From Vicugna vicugna (lineage: Eukaryota): a stretch of DNA of 64,000 nt. This document shows positions 23,126 to 35,601 of the stretch, in pieces. The notes beneath the pieces were generated by a model that worked only from the letters and a program-made list of their open reading frames with translations, was not told the origin of the DNA and did no database searches. How positions within the stretch are numbered: position 1 is the first letter of the stretch; the number at the start of each line of letters is the position of its first letter. A program made the position numbers and the translations under genes. The stretch is taken from contig MU061904.1 of NCBI GenBank assembly GCA_013265495.1, positions 1,054,001 to 1,118,000 on the forward strand, read 5' to 3'.

Positions 23126-25679
23126 CTCATGACCTCATTTCAGAGGAGGTGCCTTAGGCCCAGGGTGACACAGCTCACCTGAGTTAAAGATTGTCACAGC
23201 CTCAAACCCAGGACCCCCGATTTACTGCAGTCCACGCCTCCCCCTCAGTGATAAGAAGCTCCATTATTTCAAGGTGCCTCTCTTTTAAAGAGAAGCAATT
23301 TTTAAGTGTCTCCAGAAATCACTTTAGAGAAGGTTTATCCCCTAATACAAAAGGATTCCTCTCTTTGCAGGGGCACCTTGGACATCTGAAGTTGCAAAGG
23401 ATCTCTGAAATATTTGCACTTGGCAAACATCCCTATTCTCTGAGTGCATTAAGTCACGGGCATTCAGAAAACCTAAAAACACGCACACATTTCAGATGCA
23501 GGTACAGCGTACAGGGAATGCACCCGTTCTCAGGCCAGATGGAAACCCACAGAAACTTCAGAGCTTGGTTCTTGCCCCCAAGAAAAATTCGTTCCCAAGG
23601 CCTATCACCTGCCCCAAGCCAGGGCGGAGGACTTCCCTGTGCCACACACATTTGTACACAAAATTATGCCCACTTGTGTGCACGTGCACACGTGCCCACA
23701 CATACACCTGGGTTAAATAAATCAGATAATTGAGCCAGAATAGAGCTGCTGGACCAGGGGCACAGGGGCAAGATTCTCGTGGAGCCAGAACTTTTCAAAA
23801 CTCTCTTGGAAGTTGCTTTGGGGCAAATTGCCCTCTTCCCTGCCCCAGTTTTCCCAGTGTAAAAAGGCAACAGGAGGGAGTCACCCACAGTTGTGTCCTC
23901 TCTTCTCCCTGTCAGAGTCTGAGGCTTACTGAAGCAAGAGACAGTGAGATGGGAGCAGAGGCAGAGCAGGGAGACCCCCCACTCGGCATGTCCCCTCTTC
24001 CCTCCTGGGCCCAAATCCTGACAGGTGACAGAATCTCAATGTGCACCAAACCACAGCTGCCCAGGCCAGCACGGGGCCGGGTGCATCACGGGGGGAGCAT
24101 TCTTCCAACGTTTAACCTAAATCCTACGAGTTCAGAGTGAAGGAGCTGAGCTGTGGGGTCAGGCAGAGCTGCTGGAGCCCCTCCCGGTTGTGTTCCTCAG
24201 CCTCCCCTGGCCTCACAGGAGCATCAAGAGGCAGGTGAGGGCCTTAGCACGTGCATGTGGCATGGACCCCAGGAGATGCTCCCCAGAGGTTGTTTGCAAA
24301 GCATAAATATTCCAGAGCCCCTCTGCAACTCCAGACCCCCAAGGTGCCAGGTAAACGCTGGGGTCTGCTAAGTGATGATTTTTGTTAAATAGTGCGTGAG
24401 GCCTCAAAGGTCCGCCAGGCCTCCCCTGCTCCCAACTGGGTCACAGCAGGACCCCAAGCCTCACCTCGTGAGAGTCAGGGGCCCAGGAGGACAGCCAGTA
24501 CCATCAGCGCCACCCCAGCCCCCAAAGATTGGAGTGGGAGGTGGGGCATCACCACCAACGAAACCACTCCCCCGACACTGGCCCCCACCGAAGCTGCTGG
24601 ACAAGCCGCCACACACACAAGCCCGGATGTGGAGGTTGTAGGGCGCACCCACAAGGTGAGTGAGGTTTGCTCTGGTGCAGCCTCCCACCTCGGCCCCCTT
24701 CACCACGCCAGCGTCTTTGGGGCAGACACCACCCACTGCCAACACCTCACGCACACTTTTTAAGCAGCTGTCCTCCCCACAACATCCCCAACCAGAACCT
24801 CCATGCCCCCCGTTGCCCAGACACCCCCCTGCCCCTTCACGGGGAGCTCAGTAGTCCTCAAAAAGCATCAGTGACTCGACTAGCATAGCCGCCAGCTTAG
24901 TGGCGGCCTGGCCTTTTACCTGCCTCACTCGAGATTATCAACCCAAAGTCACAACTTAAAAAAGGAGTTCAACCCTAAATTGAGAATTGAGAGGAGGTGC
25001 AGTGGGAGGCCAGCGGGAGACAGGAGCAGGGCAGGCAGGGTCCAACAGGGACATCAAGTCTGCCACTGGTGGTTGCTATTCAGGCTCTGAACAGGGCAGG
25101 GAACCAGCCCTTGAGGATAAGGGGGCCCCAGCCTCAGCTCTGCCCCCTCTGGCAGCATGACTTGGGGCAAATATCTCCCCAGCGTGAGCCCTGGGCTCCT
25201 TTCCTTCCCCGGGGAGGGACTGGCAGGCTGTCCCCCTGCCAGGCCCACGCTCCTCGGACCCTGAATCACCTGTGTTGCAAGCCTGCCTCCATGGTAAACT
25301 CCCCACAGGAGCTCCGCCATGGCCTCCAGGGCCCCAGCATCCCTCCTCCTTCCAAGGTCCCACGCACTCAGTGCCTTCAGCATCTCCCCTCACAGAACCG
25401 CTCCCAGGAAATGATGCGGGTGAGCACGGCTGTCACCTGGATGCAGGTGGCTTGGCTCAACCACCGTCTCTCCCAGGGGTCCAGTCTCTGATTTTAAAGA
25501 CTAGATGAATGGAGGGTGCGACTGGACTGGGACATGGGGAGAGTTGGAGAGAGTTACTGTAACTGGCATCTTGACTTCTCTCCCCCTCCTTCGGGCAACA
25601 AGCTAGATTCCTGCATCTCTGCATCCCCTTACAGCTTCTAGGGTCATTCCAGGCACATGATAGGAAAGCAAAAGACATT

Positions 25680-25735
25680 TGCTGGCTGGCTGGCTGGATG
25701 GATGGATGGGTAGGTGGATGGTGGGTGGTGGTTCA
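25680..25735 (+). repeat. (GGCT)n(GGAT)n compound tetranucleotide repeat
   Basis: Read directly from the sequence. Confidence 0.85.
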
Positions 25736-26351
25736 TGGCTGGGAGGCTGCAGTAGGCGGGGGACCAAGAAGCACTGGCTGCCAAGCCCAGTGAGTGGCCA
25801 GCCCTGCTGCGGACAAGGGCTGGCAGTTGGGCCCCGTTAAAAGCTTTCAGCAGCATTCTGTTCAGAAACCAGTATGGAATATGTGCCATTAAAGCTATCA
25901 AACCTTTTTTTAAAAGGCCTCTTTGCACAGTAAGGGGCACCTTGCTGTCCAAGGCCCCAGCCATCTTCCCAAATCAACCTCTGTAGCCATGACGGTGAGA
26001 CTTAAGAAGACATAACTCGGACAGGGGATGGGGGCCGGGGTCCTGCACCCACAGCCTCCCTGGGCCCACCTATGAGAGAGGCCTGAGTGAGACAGAGTCA
26101 TGGCATCTGGCCGGCCCTGGGTCCCCACCCTGAGCCTCAGCGTTCTGAGCTAGCTGGTCTCTCGGGGCCCCCTAGCTCTGACAGTGGGTGTGCTGTGGCT
26201 GCTTCTGGTCTCTGGTGCTTACAGTGATGGTGGTCAAAGTGGCCACCAGACTGGAGGTCAATGACGGCTCACACACCACAACTGTACCCCCTCAACTGCC
26301 CCCTCCCCCCTTAAAAAGCCCGGACACTTGCGATGCTAGCTAAGTGAAAGC

Positions 26352-26517
26352 ACTGCAGCTCGGGTGTGGTCCAGACCAGCAGCATGGACGCCACCTGGTG
26401 CTCATGAGAAATGCGGAATCTCAGGCCCCCACCCCACACTGACTGGATCAGACCCCCCATTTTAACACAATCCTCACAGCGTGCGCACACACAGAAGTAG
26501 GGTCTAAGGCGCTCTGA
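26352..26517. mobile_element. MER5A-type MITE
   Basis: GTGTGGTCCAGACCAGCAGCAT...AGAAATGCGGAATCTCAGGCCCCACCCC...TTTTAACA. Confidence 0.8.
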
Positions 26518-29224
26518 TCCTGGGAGGAGGCAGCCATGAGGATGTGGCTTATTGATTTGAAAGACAAATTTAACTAGGCATCCTGTTTGGTTGGATGTTA
26601 TTTCGTTGTTTATTTGCTTGCTAAATCTGGCTAATCTAATCCCAGAACAATCTTTGGATGAGCAGGCAGCGGAGGGGTCATTATCATTGCAAAGATGAAA
26701 GCGAGGTCTAGGATGTTCCACTGTGCTCACACTCCCAGAGCTGAAGGGGGTGGGGGTTGGGGGCAGGATGGGTCCTCAGGTTTCAGATTCCAGCCTGTGC
26801 TTTCTCCACACCAGTCGCTCCCTGCCTGCTCATCAGCAGAACTCACTAAAAATGAAAATGAGACAAGAGAGAGGGGTGTGAGGGTGCACCCAAACTGCGG
26901 ATGGGTCCTTGAAGGGAAACGGGAAGGCAGTGTTTTTGGCTCACGCACCTTCACATCGTCTGACCGGTTCTCCTGGAGCAGGCGCCACCTTTGTGATTTT
27001 AAAACTAAGAAAATAAATGAGCAAATGCGCTCCATACTGGTCAGGGGCAGGAGGTGGGTGCACCCAGCACAAGGGAATAAGCTAAGCATGTCAACATCTC
27101 CTCTAGAGCTTTCTGACACACCCGGGAACCCAGCTCAAGGAAGTAATCAGACACGCAGACAAAGATTCCTTTATGTGCAGCCTGTGCAAACCATACTTTC
27201 AAAAAATATTGAACGTCACGGGAAAATGGTCCTGATGCTCGAAAGGAAAAGGACACCACCAAAGTGAGTGCTTGGTCCGGCTCCAGATAGAAATGTATGT
27301 ATGAATAATAAAGCCTGGAAGTCTGCAGTGATGTTCAGTGTGGCTGCTGGAGGGGGGACCATAACGTTAGATATTTTCTTAATTCTTTAAATGTTCTCAA
27401 TGAGCGTGCACCCTGCAAGATTTTCTGAGATACAGATGTTTGAGTCCCATCTCAGAGAGACTAAACCAGAATCACTGATGGCTGTGAATCCTAGAAACCT
27501 GCACTTTTAAAGCGTTCGGGTGTCCTCCATGCCTGGCATCACCACTAACAATCAAAGGCTGAAAGCGGTCTAGCTCCTACCTGTGCAAGACTCAGCCCAC
27601 CACCCGCTCTGCCCGTCTAGGTGGGTCTAAGAGAGGAATGGCTGGGCGGAGAGGGGAGCCCGGGGCAAGCAAGGGCACCTCCCAGGCAAATGCTCACCAG
27701 CACGTGACTTCCTCTGACTTGGCTGTGGCTATGAAAATCGCCTTGCCAGTAAAATGTAAAACAGGGCCTTGGAGCCTGCTGGCCCCATAGCATACCCCTA
27801 GGTCTCTCACTGGGAAACACACTTATGGCCAAACAGGTGGCACCACCCCTGTAACTCAAGCAGAGTCTTATCTCCAAGCTGACAAAGTAACCAAATCAAT
27901 CCACGTATCCTTCTGCCATGGGGCCACCATTTGTGATTTTTAGCCCAGGAGGCCCTCGTGCTTCAAAAGAGAGAAGGCATTCGCACACCATCACACAGAG
28001 TCAACGACGGGGTGGCCTGGAATCACTTTAGCCAGGGGTCTAGTGTCACCTGGACAGACGGGAGGCAGAAGAGGCCAGACTGGATGGCTGAGAGCATGCT
28101 GACCCCCAAGGTCTCCTTCCACCTTCCCCTCCCCGACAAACTGTCCACAACCTGCTCCTGCAGTTTCCACCATGCCTGGTCCCACCACACCTGGGTCCCA
28201 TCAGAAGTCTGGTTAGCCAAAATTCTCTCTCTTAATCACTCTTGTCACCCAAACTTCTTGCCCCTCGATGGGCAGCACTCAACTACCTACTGAACAGAAA
28301 GGAAATGATCAGATTAATTCACTTGCAGGTGTGACAGACCAACAGACTGACTTCTGTGAGCCATGGGAAATGGACAAGCCATAGAGGACATCTTGGCTCC
28401 TGGCCCACACTGGGTTTGGGGACTCCGGTGTCCCCCTGGGAGGTTGGGGAGAGAGCAGGGTCCTTCAGGATAACTTCCGCCATCTAGAAAGGATGCATCT
28501 TCCCCGGTGCCTCAGTGAGCACCAGCAGGCCTGGATCCCTGAGCAGAGACTCATGGGGCAATTACATCAGCACAGGACGCCTTTGTTTTGAGCTGAGGCT
28601 GGTTTTCCCACAAGCGACTGAAATAAATTAGAGCATTTTCAACGAGGGCNNNNNNNNNNNNNNNNNNNNNNNNNNNNNNNNNNNNNNNNNNNNNNNNNNN
28701 NNNNNNNNNNNNNNNNNNNNNNNNNNNNNNNNNNNNNNNNNNNNNNNNNNNNNNNNNNNNNNNNNNNNNNNNNNNNNNNNNNNNNNNNNNNNNNNNNNNN
28801 NNNNNNNNNNNNNNNNNNNNAACCTGGTCAATGTTCTCTAGCTGGGCTTCTTGGGGAGACAGACGCTGCTCCTTGGGGGTCAGACACAGTTTGTCTGCAT
28901 GCAGGCGGCCAGAGACACCAACAGACAGCCACACACAGGCAGGCTGGAGACGGGGCACAGGCGTCCCAGTGCAGGCTGCTGCCGCGGGGGTGCACAGGGG
29001 CCCCAGGAGAGGGTCCTCCCTGCAGGGGTGGCCCGGCCTGGGACCCAGACACGCCGGGCCCTCTTTGACAAGAGGTCTTAAAAATAGGCAAAATCACCCT
29101 GCATGTGAGGGGAACAGATCCCATCAGGGCCTGGAAGCCAGAGGTGGGTACATTCCCTAAGGAAACCCGTGGTGGTGCTAAATCCATTGCTCAGCAGATC
29201 CCTTGAGGTGAGAAGGAGCACTTG

Positions 29225-29395
29225 GCTGGGAGACCAGAAAGCTGGGTCGTTCTAACCCTGCGACCACCCAGCTCTATGAGTTCAAGTAAGTCATGTGTGT
29301 TTCTCTGTGCCTCAATTATCTCATCCATAAAATGGGTATTATCATACTTGTCCTTATTTCCAGGGTTGGGGAGGACGGTTGTTCGTAAGCCTCAA
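29225..29395 (+). mobile_element. MIR
   Basis: TCTCTGTGCCTCAATTATCTCATCCATAAAATGGG core. Confidence 0.8.
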
Positions 29396-31327
29396 ACTAG
29401 AAGCAGAAGGGGATGGAAGTGAGAACAGTGGTTGTTCGGGGGGAGGGCGGGATGGACTGGGGAGACAGAGGGAACTCTCTGGGCTGAGGCAAGTGCCCGG
29501 TATCCTGACAGGTGGGGGCAGTTCCTTGGGTACAGGCATCTGTCAGAATTGATCAAAGTGTACGTTTAAGGTCTGTGCAGTGCATCCCACTGCATGTAAA
29601 TTGTACCCTGATTTTTAAAGATGAGAGGAAAAACTGGACAAACGAAAGCTACTCCTGCTGTAACGGAAGCTCCACTGGCCTGCCGTGAATAGGACGCTCT
29701 CAAGCAAACAATCTCACTTAGCCCTCAGATAGGAGACTATTTTGAAGTTTAGGTTCAATAGTTTCAGAAAACACATATGTTTGTGTCTAGTTCAAACTGG
29801 CTTGTTTGGTATTTAAGAAAAAAACATTAGTTCAATTCAGAGTACAGTCAAAAAATGATAATATTTGGATTCAGTTTTGGGATCGGCGAATCAGGGCAGT
29901 GTTTTTCCAATTTGGGGGTCACGGTTTGGTTCAGTTCAAGTTCTTGTTAGAACAGCCCAGCGTGGGGCTTGGCCCCCAGGACAGGGCCACCCTCACCCGC
30001 TAGCCACTGTCCACACAATTTCACGCTTTCCAGATCAGCATCGGTCAAGTGAGCTCTTTCCAGCCTCCTCCCTGTGCCCTCCAAAAAGAGAAACCAGAAC
30101 TGGGGAGAAAAGGAAAAGCGCCAAATTCCTTGGCTATGTGGAATCCAACCTAGGTCCGCACTCTGGCGCACACGCACACGTGGGCAAGAGGCGGGAGCTG
30201 GCCCCTGAGATGCTGCCACCCACCAGGAGGAAGAAGAACAGCAATGACATCTGGGCAGTTTACACTGAGTGGGAGCTGCTGTGCCCTCTGCAGCTGGCAT
30301 AGCACAGGGGGAGGGCGTGTGGCTCACCCAGTGCCCTGGGGCAGGTCTACACAAGCAGTAGGCAGGTATGAGAAGTCCTTCCAGACCACCCCAACCACGG
30401 GTCTGGCTCCTTCTGAACTCCCGCGGCATCCTCTGTTAGTCCCTGCAGGCACACATGTGGAGTCGGGGCTTTCCTCTTCGGACTGGGCATTTCTGCTTGA
30501 GAGGAAGGCTCCCACCTTCCATTTCCAAGACTCCCAGCAGGGAAGGGCATGATGGCATGAAGACAGAGCTCAGAGCAGCGATGGAGGTCTCTGGGGATGG
30601 CATGTATGCGGTAGGGGAAGAAATACCAGGGGAGCCAACAAAAAGAAGGGTTACCCCCCAGGCCGGCCTTCTCTTGCTGCCCCCTTCCCTCCAGCCTGGC
30701 TTGTCCCATCCTGGCCTCAATCACAGAGCAATGGACAGAAGCCTAGGCCCCTGCCTCTGGATCCTGTGCACCTCTTCCCCCACTGTCACCACCGTGCACC
30801 CTACTCGCCAGGTATCCTGGAGGTGTTATTCCTCTGTGCTTTTGCACACGTTAGTCTTTGTCCAGGAGACCCTTCCTCCTCCTTTTCTTCCTACATAACT
30901 TCTCCAGGATCCCTCCCAGGCAGAGTTGACTACCTGTGCACAGAGGGGGCAGGTGGGGAGAGCATCACCCAGACCTCAGACACCTCCAGCTTCACTCTGA
31001 TGCCCACTCATGCCTGGCACTGTCCTCCTTTTGGTGAATTCTCTCTCAAAGGGCTGCCTACTGTCTGGGCCTCACACAGTGGCCTGTGAAAGGTGCTCCT
31101 CAGCTCCCAACCTCAGAGGCATCAGGAGATGGGGGGTGGGCAGCAGAAAAACACCCATCAAGTGGACCTGCATTCAAAGGTCAGCTCTTCCCTTGCCATC
31201 TGAGGCTTCGGGAAGCTTGTTTGGCCTTTTTGACCCTCAGTTTCTTCTTCTGTACAGCAGGGATGATGATATGACCACTGATGTGGAACAAATGAGATAA
31301 TGCCTGAAAAGTGGCTGGTACCCAATT

Positions 31328-31436
31328 AGGGTGACTAAGTTGCTTCAGCTGCCCTGGGTTTCCCGGGGTTTAGCACCGAAGTCTTGCATCCTAGAAACCC
31401 CTCAAGAGCTGGGCAAATGGGACAAGTGGTCAGCTT
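31328..31436. mobile_element. MER81-like hAT-Blackjack MITE
   Basis: TAGGGTGACT...GGTTTAGCAC...GAAACCCCTCA...GGGCAAA...GGTCAGCTTA with degenerate terminal inverted repeats. Confidence 0.7.
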
Positions 31437-32559
31437 AAAATCCCATTCAGGTGGGCTGCTTGCTTCTCTCCTAATAATCAGAGGAGTAACTGAAACCCTG
31501 AGCAAGACCCTGGCATAAAGAGAAACAGGCTGGGAAAGAGCTGGACTCAGCTCTCCAGACCGAGGCTACACCTGAGATTCCCCTTCAGGTTATCCTATAC
31601 CCCTGCTGGACTATCAAGTCCATGAGAACAGTGCCCCCATTCCCCTGCATCTGCACATCCCACCCCAGCGGCGCAGCCCAGCAAGCCTGGGTGAAATCCT
31701 CCTTCGTCTGCACCTTCCCAGCCTTTAGAAGGAAGGAAAAAGGGAGGTTTCACTGCTTTTCTTAGGTAGAAATTGTGGGTGGGTGGGAGACAAGTTTCTA
31801 ACCCTGTCGTTTCAGAAGCAAACCCTGTGAGGCTGGAGCCCAGTGGCTAATCCTGCACGCCCAGCCCTCCGCTGGGGCTGCAGTGACCCCTGCTGGCCGG
31901 GGCGCGGTGGCTGCAGTCTCCCTCAGCACGACATGGTTCCCGCTGGGGATTCCCTGGGGGCCACTGTTCGCTGCCCCTGTGAGCCTCCCCTGGACCCTCG
32001 CTGGCAGAGGGGAGGCCTGGCCTGCCCGACCTCCAGCCCCAGGAGTGGGGCTGCAGGCCCTGGGGTGAAGGCACCCCGGCAGAGCAGCTAGGCTGGAGAT
32101 GCTTGCAGAACTGAGGCCTCGCAGCCTCGGGGAGGGAAGGACCAGTGGCCAAGAGGTCCTGCTCTAGGGAGTGGGGCCTCCCACAGCCTTAAAGAAGGGC
32201 CGAAGCAGCAGCCCACCGGCCAGGCTTGCAGCCCCAAACTCTCTCCCTGATTCACCCATTTCCTCTTCGAAGCTCCCCTAATGCCCCTGGAACACATCAT
32301 TTCTCCCATGACACTTCCTCTTTGTGATGAAGAATCACAATTTCTCTGAATCTTCATTTTCTCTTTGTCTCAACTCTAGCACTCATCAGCTGGTTTTCTC
32401 TTCAGGGCTTCCTCCAGAAATTAATATCTGGGCCATTCATGAGCATGTTGGGAAGGTGCCACCACAAAGCCATGGAGGTGGGGACACCTGCCACCAGCTA
32501 CCTCCCCGGTGGCCAGCAGACCCCAGCTGCCTGCACTCCAGTCTCACAACAGCAGCTGT

Positions 32560-32700
32560 TCAAGGGGCCTCAGTAAAATCACAGGTCATCACGTGCCTCC
32601 AAGGTGAATGGTCAATACAGTCTGCTATTCCCATTGGACAGATGGGGAAACTGAGGCTTGGGGAAGTGAAGTGCCCCACCCAGGATCTCATGGCTCACCC
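32560..32700 (-). mobile_element. MIR
   Basis: CCCATTGGACAGATGGGGAAACTGAGGCT. Confidence 0.75.
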
Positions 32701-32779
32701 TCACTGTTCTATGCCAGGCTTCAGGCTCCTGCGTGAAGTCACAGACATATTTCAGAATGCCACGATGTCAAAGAGAAAA

Positions 32780-33540
32780 CCTGAACACAACCTTAAATGT
32801 TAATCAGTGGGGGGACTGTGTTACATAAATAATGCATATCCACTCAGTGGGATACTACAGACTACTATGCTCACCTTAAAAAGTAGACTGATATGTACAT
32901 ATAGCTAAATATGTAAATATATAAATGCATTTATACTACGACTTTCTACATACACGTATATACACATAAACATGCAGATCACAAAATATATATGTGCTTA
33001 TGATCAGCCAAGGTCCTGCAAAAACGAGGTGGGGTGATTTGAGGAGAGTTTACTATAAGGATTTCTTTATGGGATTCAAGAAATGATGAGGCAAGCAGGG
33101 GCCAGAAGCCACCCCTAAGGATGAAGAGTAAGGGAGGAGGCAGTTAGGGGAATCCAGGCAGGGAAGCTGCCCCACAGCGCACAGAGGGCTGCAGCCAGCA
33201 CTGACCTGGCCAGGAGGGGACCGGCCAGAGGCACTGCTGCCTCCTGCAGACGCGGAGCAGGGTGGAGGAGGAGGGAGTGGGCCTGGGGGAGTGACCAGGG
33301 AGGAAACCCATGTGAAAATATCTGAAGTTTACCCACCAACGTGATAAAGGGTTAAGAGTTCATCATGGGGAGAGGGGCTGGGATTGCAGGAAGTAGGGGA
33401 CATGACACTATGACCTTTCACTTCCCAGGCTGCTGTATTTGAATTGATGACAACTGCTGTACATGAAATGTATAACCACCGATGATAATTAAAATACTGC
33501 CTTTGGGGAACAGCATATAGAATTTAGAGAACTTGATGGA
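32780..33540 (+). mobile_element. Old L1ME-type 3' fragments
   Basis: CCTTAAATGTTAATCAGTGGGGGGACTG...CATATCCACTCAGTGGGATACTA and later A-rich pieces. Confidence 0.45.
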
Positions 33541-34789
33541 AGATCCCAATGGGGGAAAGAATGTCACCTCCCTCCAGGGGTCCCACCTGTCTTCCACTCC
33601 GACCACCCTCATCCCTCCCTGCTCAGAGCTCCACCAGGAAGGGCCGGATCTCAGACTGGGCTGTTCTGGGCTGTCCTCTTCAACAAGCCAGACAGTGGCA
33701 CCGCAACGCCCCTGCCAAAAGCCCAGCCCTGGGCACAAAGGCGGTACCCGGTAAATACACAGTCATAACAGACGGAACATGCCGCTCCCTGTCACCAGCA
33801 GGGTGACCTGGGCTGTGCGTCATTGACTGCGGAGCCCTCCTCTCTCAGGTGCAAAGATTGATGGAGGCACTGCTCACCTCCTGGGGCTGCCGTGAATGGG
33901 AAACATTCTGCAAAGGCAAAAGCACACGTAAGCCCAACGTGTCAGGAGCAACACGCTTGGATTCATGCACCTTTGCGACTGCTTTTCTTTTCATTTTTTT
34001 TTTAAGTGTGTTTAAGAAGAGTGATCACCTCTCCTCATTTCCTGCCCTCTCCCCTTCACAGGGGCACGAGACGTTTCATTCAGGGTCGCAGATTCTGTTT
34101 CCGTCTGGGGGAGGCAGGCCTTGGGGGAATGGCCCCCTTTAGGAATTTATACCGGCTGGGAAATATAATCCAGTGTTTTCCAGCCATCATTTAGCAAAGA
34201 GTTGTCATCGGAGTGGTTTCCTCCCGCCTTCCCTGCCTCCCACCCTACTCTCCCCAGCCCCCCAAGGACCAACTCGGTGACTTCGTAGTTATGAACAAGC
34301 AAATCTGCGAAAACTTAGGAGGCCTCGGCTGAACCGAAACGTTTTTCAAAGAANNNNNNNNNNNNNNNNNNNNNNNNNNNNNNNNNNNNNNNNNNNNNNN
34401 NNNNNNNNNNNNNNNNNNNNNNNNNNNNNNNNNNNNNNNNNNNNNNNNNNNNNNNNNNNNNNNNNNNNNNNNNNNNNNNNNNNNNNNNNNNNNNNNNNNN
34501 NNNNNNNNNNNNNNNNNNNNNNNNNNNNNNNNNNNNNNNNNNNNNNNNNNNNNNNNNGCCGCAGAAGGGCAGCTGGGACCAGCAAGCCCTTCCTCCACCA
34601 CCCACCGCAGCCCAGGCGCCTGGGCAAGGGGCGAGGGCCCTGGCTCCAGGTGGGCTCTGGAGGCCAGGGGCCCAAGGGAGGGGGAGGGAAGGGGAAGCGG
34701 TGCTGTCTTGAGGAATGGCCAGGGGGTTTAGACTGTACCCAACGTGCTTTCAAGTGCAGTCCCACCAGAGAGGCAGCAGCTCTGTGACC

Positions 34790-34927
34790 TTGACCAAGTA
34801 ACTCACCTTCGAAGCCCCCAAACCTCCACTCTCCCATCTGTTAAGTGGGGAAGTAAAACCTTCCAGGGTTGTCGTGGGGATTAAATGAGGTGATGCCCTG
34901 CAAGCTCCTGACACGTGGTAGGTGCTC
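34790..34927 (+). mobile_element. MIR
   Basis: GTGACCTTGACCAAGTAACT...GGGTTGTCGTGGGGATTAAATGAG. Confidence 0.8.
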
Positions 34928-35601
34928 GTCACACTCTAGTTTTTAGTGCATCTTTTGAGTTAAGAGCATTGCCCTCTCCAGCTGCCCTACTACCTCCTTT
35001 GAAAATAGAAATGCTTCAGGAGGGGACAACCTTGGAGGGTTTCCAGAAGCCTGTCAGGAAGAGGAAAGGAGGTGGTGGTGCCAGTCAGAGAAGCCAAAGG
35101 AGACATGTCAGAGAAACCAAGATGCAAAGTGGCCCATCTCCCGCATCCCACAGGGCCAATGGCAGAGAGGTCCCCTGGGTAAGCTTCGGGGCACTTGGGC
35201 CTCCCCACACCTAGAAAGCGCCCCTCTCTGGTGCAAGGGCTGCAGGAGCCTCCTGTCCCCTGGCCCGGGTGGCTGCACGTGCCATCAGAGTTTCACACTA
35301 ACGGGGTCAAGAAGGGGAGATGGCGTAAAGGTCATGTCCCTCCAACTTCACACCTGCACCTCCAGGACCTCAACACCCGCCCACTGCCTCCCTCCCAGAT
35401 CGTCCCCTCCACTGGTCTGCAGCAGCCCTGATACTGGGTTATGGTGCTGGGCCTCTCGTTTCCACCAGGCCAGCCCTCATCCACCCAGTGCAGCCTGACC
35501 AGTCCTGGGAGGAGCCCTGTCCAAGTGATCTGTCCAACTGCAGTGGCCATACCTGAAATTACATCACTAGCTGTTTATTTCCTTGAGCAGGAAATTTACA
35601 A

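Noticed and set aside
22642-27267. Longest gap-free plus-strand ORFs (22642-23157, 23191-23733, 24997-25491, 26695-27267)
   Set aside because: No recognisable homology, several use non-ATG starts or run through MER5/MIR remnants, and GC-rich DNA depletes stop codons.
31895-31912. GGCCGGGGCGCGGTGGCT resembling the Alu/7SL 5' end
   Set aside because: The match stops after about 18 nt, with no downstream 7SL body, B box or A-tail.
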